From the NCBI RefSeq assembly GCF_024521635.1, contig NW_026250407.1, positions 558,001-622,000 of the forward strand: DNA of 64,000 nt, given 5' to 3'. This document shows positions 39,743 through 52,660 of this stretch, in pieces. Numbering within the stretch: position 1 is the first letter of the stretch; the number at the start of each line of letters is the position of its first letter. This DNA comes from Tricharina praecox. Lineage: Eukaryota. The notes beneath the pieces were generated by a model. It searched no databases, was not told where the DNA came from, and saw only the letters and a program-made list of their open reading frames with translations. The position numbers were made by a program, and so were the translations under genes.

Positions 39743-41109
39743 TTATGCCCTTCTCTGGTCCTCGGAGCTTCCCCAACGACTACTTTCATCATTTTGAACA
39801 TCCGTCATCAACCCGATCTCCTCATCTCTGGTAGGCGCTGGTGGCTCTTTCTCCTTCGATTTCCGCGTGCCAACATACACCGCGGAACTGAGGATCAGCG
39901 CACTGCCGGCGATACTGAGCCAGCCGGGCGAAGTCCCCCAAACAATCCTCTCCCAGAACAGGGCAAACAGCATCTGGCTGTAAACCTATTTTTTCATCAG
40001 CTCTTTCCTCGCCACTAATCGCCAGTAGTTAAACTCACCATATTCGTTCCCCGTCCCGCCTTCTCCAACTGCAGTCCGGCGGTGAGACAAAACTGCATGA
40101 TAAACCCGCTAACGCCGATACCAATGAGTAGTAACCATTGGTACCACGACACCGGCCAGATGATCCCGCCGATTTGTGGTATGGCTAATAGTGAGACCAG
40201 TGCTACGATTGCACACCACGATGCGAAGTAGTTAACCGCGATGAGCGGGTGTGCGCGCTTACCGATCCAGCGGATAGTCGTGAATGCAGTGGCCTGCATT
40301 TATCTATTAGAGAGATTATGTTGAGGGAGCAGGATACTTACAGCTCCAAGAACTCCGACAAGCGCAACCAGAATAGCGACCAGGCGTTGATGGGGAGTTA
40401 CATCCTCTCCACCACCCTGATTTTTCTTCTTCTCCTCGGCCACCACCTCTCCCGCAGAACTCGCAAACAGACTCCCGGGGCGGGCAATCAACACAACACC
40501 AACAAAACTCACCATGGCGGCGCCAAACTCATGTTTCGTAAACGGCTCCTTAAGCGCAGGGACAACACTACAGGCCCACGTCGCCACAATCGGCGCAAGA
40601 AACGTGATCACCGTGGCATCGGACAGATCCAGATACGTGAGCGAATAATACAGTCCGAACACGCCCCAAAATCCGCCCAGGCCTCTCGCCACCAGCAACC
40701 ACCGCACTTCCTTTGCGCCCAGCGGCGCATGCGGAACACTGCGGTACCACATCCACAAAAAGCAGCCGGCCGCAGTGATGGTTTGCCGCACAAAGAGGAT
40801 CTGGAGCGCGTGGAATTTCTGCGGGCCGATTTCGAGCAGCCGCGCCGTGAGCGCCATCAGACTGCCGAAGAATTGCGATATGAGGATTAGGAAGAGCCCG
40901 CGGTTCGACCACAGACGCGCGCGCGTACGCGTGAGGAAGCTGGTGGGCGGCGAGATGGGGCCATCGGGGGCGGGTGTTATGCTACGGTCTGGAGGGAGTA
41001 GCTTTGGGAGGAGGTGAGCTGAGGCTATTGGTGAGTCTGAGCTGCTGGAGGCGGAAGATAGATCGAGGATTTCCTTGTCCGCCGACGGTGGCGGTGATCT
41101 CGATGACAT
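39743..41109 (-). CDS. EamA/DMT-superfamily membrane transporter
   Basis: LLVARGLGGFWGVFGLYYSLTYLDLSDATVITFLAP, IRWIGKRAHPLIAVNYF and LTAGLQLEKAGRGTNM; multiple TM segments; 2 introns. Confidence 0.9.
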
Positions 41110-42303
41110 AGGTAGTGTGAAAAATATGTACACGCTCGACGTAGGTAGATGGTATTGAAATCTGCTTTTCTTTTGATCCAGTAGGTATCTTCAGTTATAT
41201 AGGTAGGGTAGCTGATCGAAAACGTCCGTCTCGATAAGTATTGCTGGGTGAAATTGCGGGGGAAATCATGGAGAGCCGGTCATCGTATCCATCACTGGCA
41301 GGCATCCAGGCCATATCATGCGAGCTGAACCGGGCTGGGCGCGGCGCCAGAGCGTTTGCCGAACAACCGGGCGCAAAAAGAAGGGAAAAAAGGTGCAGAA
41401 TCTGGTCTGGGCACTACCGAATGGGTGAAGTATTCACCGACGGGTGGGGGTTTTTGCTTTTTGGTTTCCTCATAAGTGGGTATTGCATGCGACCTGTCTA
41501 CTGTACATCCCTATGAGTCTACCGGTATCACGGCAAAATGTATTTACTCCTGCTCTACCTAGTCCTGTCTGCAGTCCAGAAAGTTACTGGCTCGATGCAG
41601 CAAACAACTTCCCCCGTCCGCCGCCCGGGCAACTACTCTGTTCTAAAAGAATAGGACGCCCTAATAGAAAATGCACTGGCAGTTGGTGGGGGGGAGGAGA
41701 GAGCGAACATCGATTTATGGCAGTAGGTGGGTTTTATTTTTTGTTTAATCATTAATTGCGGCAGTAGGTGGGGGCTATATAGGTGGGAGGTTCTAGAAAC
41801 GGGTTAGGCCGAGTGCCAGCTCATGTACAGTGGCAAACTTTACCTGGTAGTAGTGGATCATGGGATAACGGCTGCAGATGGAGGAGATGCCGAGGCGCCG
41901 GTGGATAAGCATCCGTATGTACATATGTACAGAGGAGGATGTAGGTAGAGCAGAGTATTGTGCGTGTCGCTAGAGGAAGTGTCGGCAAAAGGAACTTCTG
42001 CTCAATTTCCGGTCCTTTTAAATGCGCTACATACTCGCATGAGTCACGAGTGCTATTCTATGAGGACATCACAAGAGCGCAGTCCCAATGACGATCGATT
42101 CATGTTTGAGAACAGCAATTCTCCGGAGTTCAAGTCAATGGGACGAAATGAACAAATGAACCAACACAACATCGGGCCTTTCGCATAAAGTATCAGTATC
42201 ATTTACATAGACCGCGGACCACTAGACCGAGTCGAGTATCACCGCCAAAATCGCTAGAGGCACCAATATGAATCATACACACTGACTTGTCCAAAGTCTC
42301 TCG

Positions 42304-43389
42304 TTACAAGATCCGGTCCGAGAATGCACCTCTTTCCATCAGAGACCCACCAAACTTCTGCTCCCGCGTCTTCTCCCTCGACTTGCGCTCTTTCTTCTTC
42401 ATCGACTTGGTCACCACCTCCCCGAGATCCACCTTGGTGTTGAAAATCGCGCGTCCGCGTCTCTCCCACCTCTCCATCCTATCCATTTGCTCATCCGCCG
42501 TCGGCCGCCATTTCGACCTTAGTACGCGCCGGATAGCCTCCGGGGAGACTTCGAACAATTTTGCTAGTTCTGGGGTGCGAAACATATCAGGATGGTGATC
42601 GTGAAGGGACCGGATTCCGTCAATTGCTTCGGGAGAGAGCTTCTTCAGCGGTGACCAACCCGTGGCACCGAACTTCGCCGCCAACGCCGCTTTTTGGACT
42701 CTCCATGCTTCGACTTCGCGCTTTCCCGCAGATTTGATGTAGCTTTGGAGCCTTGTTTCGGTCATCGGCGGCGATACGGCGTCTTCGACCGGTGGTAAAT
42801 CCCATTTGCCCTTCCGGCTATCACCCCACGATGTCTTCGCTGTTTCGACCGGCGTCGTCTCTGGCTCCTCAGCAGCCAACCTCCGCTCTTCTGCTTCATA
42901 ACTGCTTGTGAATGCTCGAGTCCGTGGCTTCTTTGCTGGCAAAGGTTCGCCTTGTGTGCTGTGGCTGTCTTTCTCCCGAAGCGCTGCCCGCACGGGGGGA
43001 CGATTCTTTCTGTCCTTAACTTCTCCTGCAAACTTTCCCTCCTTCCCCTCACCCGTGAGCACGATCTCCGGCTCCATATGCGGCGGTGGCGGAGGCAGGC
43101 GATGCATTTGAGCGACCAGGTTTACCCCATCGCCGTCGCCTTCGTCCGCAGTCGAAGTATTTACAAAGGGGAGGTAATCATCGTCGGTGCCGATGGCCTG
43201 TGCTTGCTCATGATTCGTCACATATGTTGACTCTCGGCGGAGTTGCTGAAATTGCAGGAGTCGCTTTGGGTAGGCCTGTAGTGCGAGTGGGTTTCGGAGG
43301 GCATTGTGACGGAGTGGGGATGCAATCGTGGGCGGAGGGCCGTGAATGAAAAGGCGGAGAGCTCGAGCGGTGCAGTTGAGGCAGGCCAT
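42304..43389 (-). CDS. RRG9: Neugrin-family mitochondrial protein (required for respiratory growth 9)
   Basis: WRVQKAALAAKFG..GWSPLKKLSPEAIDGIRSLH..LAKLFEVSPEAIRRVLRSKWRP. Confidence 0.9.
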   Translation of the reverse strand: MACLNCTARALRLFIHGPPPTIASPLRHNALRNPLALQAYPKRLLQFQQLRRESTYVTNHEQAQAIGTDDDYLPFVNTSTADEGDGDGVNLVAQMHRLPPPPPHMEPEIVLTGEGKEGKFAGEVKDRKNRPPVRAALREKDSHSTQGEPLPAKKPRTRAFTSSYEAEERRLAAEEPETTPVETAKTSWGDSRKGKWDLPPVEDAVSPPMTETRLQSYIKSAGKREVEAWRVQKAALAAKFGATGWSPLKKLSPEAIDGIRSLHDHHPDMFRTPELAKLFEVSPEAIRRVLRSKWRPTADEQMDRMERWERRGRAIFNTKVDLGEVVTKSMKKKERKSREKTREQKFGGSLMERGAFSDRIL

Positions 43390-43738
43390 GGCGCACGTTA
43401 TTGGTTGTTGGTGGTGGCTGTTCTGGCGAAAGAAATGTTGGTGGGGGTAGGCGGTGGGCGGTGAATATGAATTCAAACTTTTTCTTTCTGCTTGGTGCAA
43501 CCCTTGCCTTGTCGGTTGTCGCGTGTGAGTGGTGAAGAGCCCTAATCACTTCTAGTCTAGCCCGCCAAGTGGTGGAACACCCCGCTGTCGATGCAACCCC
43601 GCCATATCCCGGCGCTGGCTGAGGAATTAGAGACAGACATCTTGAATCTTGACATCGCTCATCTCATTCATCTCTCAGTAATTCGTCACTTTTCCTTCAG
43701 AAAACTCAATTCTTCCCAGTAGTTTTATACCCTTTGCG

Positions 43739-44739
43739 ATGGCGGACCACACCCACGACGGCCACTCGCACGACGGACATGTACAAGACCACGGCCACTC
43801 CCACGAGATTCTTGACGGGCCTGGATCATACCTTGGCCGGGAACTGCCAATTATCGAGGGCAGAGATTGGTCCGAGCGGGCTTTCACTGTTGGAATTGGA
43901 GGGTATAAACACCCTATAGGCCGGAGAACATATGAGCAACTCTAACATTGAGCTGTATCTAGACCTGTCGGATCCGGAAAGACTGCATTGATGCTTGCGC
44001 TCTGCAAAGCTCTGCGAGACAAGTACTCTGTTGCCGCTGTGACGAACGATATCTTCACGAGGTAATCCGTTGAAGCTCAGCTCGCCTTTGGCGTCTTGGA
44101 CCAATAGCTAAAACTGGCCACAGGGAGGACCAAGAATTCCTTGTCCGGCACGAAGCTCTTCCAGCCGAACGTATCAAGGCCATTGAGACCGGAGGATGCC
44201 CGCATGCCGCAGGTATTGGCCCTTCTCCGACACCACCCTCCCGATCTCACTGACAGAATAAAAACAAGTCCGTGAGGACATCTCTCAGAACCTCCACGCA
44301 CTCGAGGACTTGCACCAACAGTTCAACACCCAACTCCTCTTGATTGAGTCCGGGGGCGACAACCTGGCCGCAAACTACTCACGCGAGTTGGCAGACTACA
44401 TCATCTACGTCGTATGTCCTTTACCTCCTTCGACTGACACATCACGCATTCTCACTCGATTGCTCTTTTCTCTAGATCGATGTCTCAGGCGGCGACAAGA
44501 TTCCCCGCAAGGGCGGACCAGGAATCACGCAGTCCGATCTCCTAATCGTCAACAAGACAGACCTGGCTGAGTTGATCGGCGCAGATCTGAACGTGATGGA
44601 CAGCGATGCGAGGAAGATGCGTGAGGGAGGGCCTACCATCTTCGCCCAGGTTAAGCATGGTAAGGGTATGCCCGAGATCGTGGACTTGATCCTCTCGGCG
44701 TGGAGGGCGAGCGGCGCTTCGTCTCCTACTGTTGCTTGA
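43739..44739 (+). CDS. ureG: Urease accessory GTPase UreG, multi-exon
   Basis: His-rich N-terminus, [50 protein letters not shown] and NKTD. Confidence 0.96.
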
Positions 44740-45839
44740 TGCTGGGCAGTGCAAGGTAGAGGGGACGGACTAAGGCTCGTACTGTTCGCTCGAAATGAGC
44801 GAGTTGCGGAACGTACCTACTCTAGGAAAATTGAGGCCAGGATCACTGAAAGCTGAAAAACTGAAAAACAGCGGTCGATTTATCATGCCGCCTTCCATTC
44901 CCCGCCTGATACCTAAATAACTAAAATATTATTCCAGGATCAGGTAAATCCTTTCAACTGTGCAAGGCTTTGCAAAGCATTGCACTGCTTATGACAAACA
45001 ACTTCTGGTGAGCATTCCAATAGACGTTAGCCCAAGGTGATTCCATTTTAACGGAATACAATAATCAAGTGACATATAGTGATTGGCAGAATTACTTTTC
45101 TAAATTCCCATTCTTCCACAACCTCACACAACAAAGAACCCACCACTTACACTCATATAATCTTTCCACCCACATTTCATCACACATATAACAATTGGTA
45201 CTGGTGCTCTGAGTCCTAGCCAGTTTCCTGACTTCCCCCAAAGTCTGACATACCCGGATCTCCTCCAGAAATACGCCGTCGAGGGCCGAGAGAGTGACGT
45301 CACTTGTTACATGGTATGAGTGGACGAATAGCTGCTAGGATGTACAGGAATTTTGCCGTGAGAGTGAAACTTCATGGAAGGAGATACAGTGACTCAACCC
45401 AATTGGATGCCAAGACCTAAAGCCGTTCGAGCGTCTTGTGGGGTTCGGCCTGTGAATACTTTTGAAGTGATGCAGAATGTAGGAGACAAAGGCTGGTGGT
45501 GGGCATGGAGAATGCGCAGTTGTATTTCCTCATAAATTTACTCGGTAGGGTTTTACATTTATTGTAGCTCTCCAGACCGGAGTCTACATAGCCGCTACGT
45601 ACGCTGTGTCCTTTGCTCCCTGCCACGCCCACCACAAGTGACACCCTCACACAGATCCTCCCATCGCGTACGTATGCACCTACCACCATAACCTTTACCT
45701 CACCTGCCTCCACACACGCCCACAGACAAACAAACATTCAAACGAACTCCCATTTACCCAACGGGATTACCTTGTCTCACGATTTACGATCGGCATCTTC
45801 CATCGCCCTCCGTACCTTAACCCCATCAAAATCACAGTC

Positions 45840-46774
45840 ATGGTCCGCGCCGTTTCACTCTTGCTCCCGTTATCTCTGGCAGCGACAGCTGTCAACGCTC
45901 AATTTGGCGATTTCTTCAAGAATGCCTTTGGCGGAGCGCTTCAGCAGCCGCTTGGCTCCGCGATCCCGAGTCGTACGCCAGTGCTGAAGAACACGTATGA
46001 GATTACCTCCGAGAACTGGAGAAACAACATCGATGTCGCCGTTGATCCTGCTGCGGGTGAGGACGCTGCTAAAGAGTGGTACTTTTACTTCACTACTTCT
46101 GCTGCGAATTCAACTGGCGATAAGAATGTTACCTATTGGGATGGTGTTTACAACGTATGTGTTCTTGCGGGCGGGTCTTGGAACCGTATGGAGCTAATCT
46201 AGTGGAACAGGACACCGTCCGCGCGATGTCGATAGTGAAACCAGTGTCGAAGCTGAACTTCGGAAAGATTGACTGCGCTGCGCCCGAGGCGACAGAACTG
46301 TGCCATACTTTCTTCTTGAACGCGCCTAACAAGCTCCCCGTCTTCTACCATGTCGCTACGTACGTCAACAACGGCACCACTGATTTCCGCCGTATTCCCA
46401 TGTGGAAGAACATTACCGAGATCAACGAACAGCCCGCATACCACACCAAGCTCTACACCGAGAGGGAATGGAAGAATCTCGAGCCCTGGACCGGTCTTTT
46501 CCATCCCATCACCGGCCAGCTGAAGGATTACGCACCCATCCTTTCCCAGGCTCTTCAATACTATGAGATGATCCCACAGTGGCTTTTCATGGTTGGAATC
46601 TCGCTGATCGGCAGGACCTTCACGTAAGTTGCCACTGATGAATATTCCTGAGTATCCATTTTGCTAACCAATTCTTTCGAATACAGGAGCCGCCTGACCG
46701 CTTCCCGCATGGGCACCCAGCCCGCCCCCAGAAACATGCCCGTACGAACTGTCGGTGATGCTACCGGAAGATAA
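45840..46774 (+). CDS. Signal-peptide protein with C-terminal TM segment, probable degenerate thioredoxin-like fold
   Basis: Signal peptide MVRAVSLLLPLSLAATAVNA; FGKIDC...ELC; C-terminal IPQWLFMVGISLIGRTF; introns at ~46155-46211 and 46624-46687. Confidence 0.7.
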
Positions 46775-47976
46775 TTTCAATATCTACCTACGATCTTGTT
46801 TAGCTATCTTTTTTAACGTACGACCGTATACGTGGGATGGAATAGGCGGAGTAGCGGGCTGTCGTGTGTCGTAGTTGTGAAGGGCTTTCTGTCGTTTATG
46901 CAGCGCAAGTTTCTGGATAGCAATTGTAAGATATGGATTGGAAGATAAAGCTTGGTCGGAGTTTCTCTGGAGCTGGCGGAATGTGCTCTCTTTTTCGGTT
47001 CTAGTTACGTCGATATGAATGCGCCATGTATTGGGCGCGGGAATGGGGTGGTTCGCACAGGCGGTCAAAATTCATGCTCACTTGCAAACATACCATAATT
47101 GTTTGCCCATACCTCCCATTCCCATGATGCCCCAAAGCCAAAAAACCGCCAAATCGAAACTTCATATGTACTCCAGGTCTCGGCTCTCTCCCAATCTCAG
47201 TCCTATACCTAGCCCCTATCCAGCCTAAGGCTAAACGTACGTGCGCGGAAAATACATCGTGATCGCATCACGGTGCTCTCAGACTCCCATTGACACCTAA
47301 CTAACTTATCGCCTACCTGCAAACTAGAGGGCGTTCTAGATCGACCGTATTTACATTTGCTGGGTGTGAATAGCTTGTTGAACTTCAGCGAGGATGCGTT
47401 ATTTTAGCGTCTTCACATATCCGTTGAAGTTCTCCCGTCGGCTATCGATAGTTCAGCACAGACTCATCCCGTCTCGCACGTGTAGATACCTCACCATGCG
47501 TAATAACACTAACGGGGTTATCCAACTCCCCATTCCAAGCCCTCTCAATTATCAGCAGCTGGGTGACTCTCTGGAACAAGGTTGCCCCATCGCCCTCCCC
47601 TCTCGACAACCGGATGGACCGCAATGGTGCCTACCCTTTAGATTATACTTTCGTTCTCCATCAGTTTTAGAGCAAATCTCACGGGAAAGGGTTCAAAATC
47701 TCAGGAAGTAGGAAAGCATAGTGCTGGCGCACGGTACATAGCGGGTGACCAGTGGCCTTCGGTTGGGAAGTTGGGGTTTATTCGGCGTGAAGAGTTCTGG
47801 TCGAAAACTGTGAAGTTCAAGATATACGTCGGATTGCCTGCCCACCCTCCCTTCCTCCGTCCCTTCCCACCCTCCTTTCCCAGCCGGACGCGTTGTAATC
47901 CTGCCGGTTTGGTGCAGATTTTCTTTGATCTCATTTACCGTCACGACCCAGATTTTTTTACGGTGATCCAACGTCT

Positions 47977-48598
47977 CTAGGTGGCGGTGGCAGTACCCCC
48001 GATGTTCTCACACACAGACACGAGATGATTGATCTCCCTGGTAACCTGCTCCTCAGTTGCTGAAGACGCCAGCTTTCCATACCGCAGATCACTGAGATCT
48101 CCAACGATATTCCGTAGCTCCTCCAGTATCAGATCGCACTCGTCACCTATCGTCACCTGCTCGATCTCCAAATCGTCCGCCGCACGCTCCATCTGCTTCA
48201 GTAGCTCCTTGAGCGGGAGCATATTCTCTTCGGGCGCAGCACCGAACAACTATTGCCCATCAGCATCGCCTTCCCCTGTTCCCACTCGACGCAAGGTAGA
48301 AACGCACCTCAATTCCAACCATAGCCTCTTCATCAACCTCCCCCTTCCTCCCCTCCTTCACGCGCTTAATCACCGTAGCAGCCTCACTCTGGATCTTCCG
48401 CCGCACCTGCTCGCATTGTCGCTGGCGCAGGGACAAGAGTACGCGGTAGAGGTGCTTCACCTGGGGATGACTGCGCTTCTCACGCGGGAAGAGCTCGGCG
48501 AACTCGCGGAAGCTGATGATGTCCTTGAGCGTGGACCGGGAGAGGAGGAATGAGGTGAGGATTTGAGCTTCGGTGGCGGCGGTTTTCTTGGAGGACAT
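47977..48598 (-). CDS. Kinetochore protein, Cnl2/Nkp2 family
   Basis: TEAQILTSFLLSRSTLKDIISFREFAELFP..HPQVKHLYR and IVGDLSDLRYGKL; one intron. Confidence 0.85.
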
Positions 48599-49279
48599 AG
48601 TTGCCCGGGCGCGATGATACGGATGCGAGAGTCAAGGGAGGTGGAGTCTGTACGATTGAGTCGAAGAGATTGCAGAGTGGTTCGTGGGTCAGATGTGTTT
48701 CGTTTTGGAGTAGAGTAACCAAGCAAGTTCTAGTTGGACAGAAGCTTTAGTTAACAGTGTCGCGTCAGAATGTCCTCTCACGTGCTGGATGAGAGGGTAA
48801 GCTTTCCCCCTGGCTCACCCGGGATGTTGCGGCACGCGTCGTCGCGTGTGAATCACGAGAAAAAGACACTAGAGCGCGGGTCCAGAGGGCTGCTGTGGAT
48901 TCCATTCGCTTGACTGTTCAGCCATCATTCAACTTAACTTAAACACCCATCATAGCTTTCCCCTCCACACTCTCAACATCCATCGCTCTTGCAGTCCCAC
49001 AGCTACCTACAGACTAACATCTTCGTGTCCTCTGGCTGTTGCAGCAACCATTCAATACCGCGGCTCCCTGCGACAACCACTCTATCTCCACATCCATCAC
49101 TTCCCAACTCACTCGCCTTCTACATACAACTAACCCTCCATCCACAACCCCATCCACAACCCCTCCCCACATACTCTCATCCCAGTTCTTCCCAACCACC
49201 CCATATCGGTACCGGCAATCACCCCATTCATTACCCGCGATTTAATCCCCCTCCACAAAGAAAAGAAACCTAGAACACC

Positions 49280-50521
49280 ATGCCTCCCGCAGCTTCGCAG
49301 AAAGTTCTTACTTACGACGTTCAGGAACGCGTCCTCTGTTTTCACGGCCCTATGCTGTATGAAGCCAAGGTGCTTGAAATCACCAAGCCAGAGGATAAGA
49401 AGGAACCTACCAAGTATAAGATTCACTACAAAGGCTGGAAGAATACGTGAGTGTCCCTTCTCATCCTCCCTCCTTTGACTCCCCGACTTCCCGACTCCCC
49501 GACCGTTTCTACGGCCTGGCAAGGATCGCGCAGGATGCCGCCACGAAAAAAAATACGAGGCTAGCTAGAATAAGTACTAACGAAGGCTCACTACTTGCGC
49601 GAACATACAGATGGGATGAATTTGTGCCCGCCGATCGCCTACGTAAAATGAACGAGGAAAACCTTCGGATGCAAAAGGAACTCAACGAGAACTCGAAGCC
49701 GTCAAAGAACAAGACCGGAGCCACGACCAACGCGGGTGGAGGAAGTGTGGCCGGAGGAGCAGGCGGAGGGCTCGACGGAAAGACAAAGGGAAAGCTCAAT
49801 TCGAAGGCTGGGTCCGAAGACCCTGGGACCACACTCCCGCCGCGTGGTCAGAAGCGAGGCCGCGAGATGGAGATTGAAAAGGAGGAAGACTACCTCAAGC
49901 GCCACGACGTCAGGATCGCCATACCGGATTCCCTCAAGGCGCTTCTGGTGGACGACTGGGAGAACGTCACCAAGAATCAGCAGCTGGTGCCTCTGCCGAA
50001 GGATCCGAACGTTACGCAAATCCTCCAGAAGTACAAGGCCAGTCTACCTAAGAAACGCCCCGGAAGCGCCGAGTCGGATATCTTCGACGAGATCATCGCG
50101 GGATTGAAGCTCTACTTCGACAAGAGCTTGGGAACCATCCTCCTCTACCGCTTCGAGAGACAGCAGTTCCTTGAGATCCGCAAGGAACACCCCCACAAAG
50201 ATCCGAGCGACATCTACGGTGCCGAGCACCTCTTGCGGCTCTGTGGTATGCAGCCACTACTACTTTTTTATCCCAACCCGACTAACGGAGAAACAGTTTC
50301 AATGCCAGAGCTGCTGGCCCATACCAACATGGACTCTCAGGCCATGAGCAAGCTCCGCGACCACATCGAGGAGTTTGTAAAATGGCTCGCCAAGGACCCA
50401 ACGCAGTACATTGCAAACAAGTACGAGAGCGGTGAGTACCACAAAAACCAAGAAACAGAAAATCTAGTACTAATAACATCTAGCGAGTCCTCGGTACATC
50501 GACCTGAGCCGTGGTGGTTGA
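49280..50521 (+). CDS. EAF3: MRG-family chromodomain protein, NuA4/Rpd3S subunit
   Basis: [60 protein letters not shown] and YGAEHLLRL. Confidence 0.95.
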
Positions 50522-51049
50522 AAAAGCCACCCGGGATGCATTGCGGGGGTTTCTTTCTTTTTTTGCTTTTTTTTGTATTCTATCTAATTTGTTTGGTCTG
50601 ATTGAGAGATTTTTTTTTACTGGCGTTTGGAGGGCGTACGAACATAGCATCTTCTCGTAAATTATCTTGTTCTCTCTTATGTTGTCTACTACTGTTGTCT
50701 ACTGCTGTTGTAGGGGTATTTACTAGGGACTGGGAGGAGTTAAGATTTGGTTCACTGTACATCACTCGCGTCTGTCTGCTCCATGGTGAATTTGGCGTAA
50801 TACGCAACGGCTCCTGCCTTCCGTATGGTGGTGTTTTCTACCTACATTACCCGAGAATTAACCACACATCTAAATATTTGCATTGCGTCGATAGCAGTAC
50901 CTCCTCTGCCAGTTGAAATTAATGTCTCAATACGGAATCACTATTGGACTTGCATGAGGGCTACGAGCACGTATCATAGTCCAAGTACATACATTCTGCA
51001 ATCCTACGCGATCAATCCATCACTATTGGTACAAAATCAACGATATCCA

Positions 51050-52660
51050 TCACTTGCAGCTCTTCGCGCCACAACATGTTCCAGCTGGCCTCGAGCAGCT
51101 CCCCTCCTCGAGCGAACAATCCGTCAGACTCTCCAGCTGTCTCCTGACCATGGCCACCTCGGCCTTGATAGTCTCATCCTCCAGATCGCTCCTCAACCTT
51201 TCCTCGACCTGCTTCCTCACCTCCTCCGACATGCGCTCCTTCAGATCGCGCGACGACAGCAACGCCAGCATGAACACTGTGATCTCCGTCTTCCAGAGCT
51301 CGTCCGCGTTTTTGATTTCAGCATATAGCGTCGAGTTCTCGGCGAAGTATCGGTGAAGCCGCGCTACGCCCCGCCGGTAGTCGCTGTGCGCTTGCGCGCC
51401 TAGTGTGACGTCGAAGCTGGGCGAACGCGTGAGCGCCGAGGTGCCATTGGTCGTAGTGAAGCGTGAGGTTACGGTGGGAAGGCCGCTGGGACTCGCCAGG
51501 ATTCGCGCGAGCTCGCTGATGAGCGAGGAGTAGGAGGAGCGTTTGGAGGCAGCGAAGGCGAGCGGTTCGTACAGGGTTGGCCAGATTGGTGTGGTGGCGT
51601 TAAGGGTTAAGAGGGCTGGTGTGGGCTGCGCTTTGGATGGCCGCCGGAGGATGGAGTAGCCGCTGTGTATGGGGGTGAGTATTGATGGGAAAAGGAGGAG
51701 GATGAAGAGGAGGAGAGGGAATACCGTGGCTGGCCGGTGGAGCTGTCCGGTGGAACGAGAGCTTCGAAAAGGGCACGGATGGGGACCCAATATGATGGAT
51801 ATTTAAACCTCGCCACATCCAAGATCAGAACCATCCCACCGTTCATGGGCGTATACCCCGCCGCCGGCGAGAAATGTCCACTCCCCGTCTGTCCCAACGA
51901 CGCCCTGGAATACGAGACTGCCAACAGCTGATCCGTGCTCTGCGTACAATCCTTGACCGCCTGCTCAAACTCCTCAAACGTTGTCTGGTTCGCATAGCGC
52001 GTGGTGGCGTCGAGCCCGTTGCACTTAGCAAGACAGGTAAATTCCGCCAGGGTGATGCCGTTCTGCTTCACCCATTCCAGCGGGCGGCAGCAGTCCAGCA
52101 TTTCCTGTGTGAACCAACGCCACGGCTTACGCCACGTCGCTGCCGGGTCGATCTTGAGTGCGTTGAGAATCATGCAGAGGGTTCCCAGGCCACAGACTGT
52201 CCGGGGACGTTAATCGCGTTCACTAGATATGCCTCTCTCATCTTCAAGTGCACTTACAAGCTGGCTCGTTTTGCTTCCCATGGCATACCCATCAGCCACA
52301 CCCAATGCACGACAGCAGCGGTAAACTCACCGTCAAAAACTGCTGCGAAAGCGGAAAGAACGATTCCAGCCCTCCGCCCAACAGAGCATCTTTAAACAGC
52401 TCCTTCCCCTCCGGCGTGTCATACCCCACCAGCTTATCCTTCGGCAGCTCACGCATGTAGAACGACTTGTTGGACGTCGCCGTGACCGGGGAGTTGCCGC
52501 CGCCGGGCATGATTCCTAGTGTTGCCGGGGGTCTCCTCGTGAGCGGGGGCGTTGGCGGAGGAGGCGGAGGAGCGTGGAAAGTTGTAGTTGCTATGAATCG
52601 CAGTGTCCGGGGGCGGGCAAAGAAGAGAGGTAGAAGTGACGGTCGTGGGAGGATGCGCAT
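51050..52660 (-). CDS. Phytochelatin synthase (alternative start at 52510), 4 exons
   Basis: SFYMRELP, F.TQNEPAFCGLGTL (catalytic Cys), IDP...WRKPWRWF, GQTGSGHFSP (His), ILDVARFKYPSYWV (Asp); Cys-rich C-terminal tail. Confidence 0.95.
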
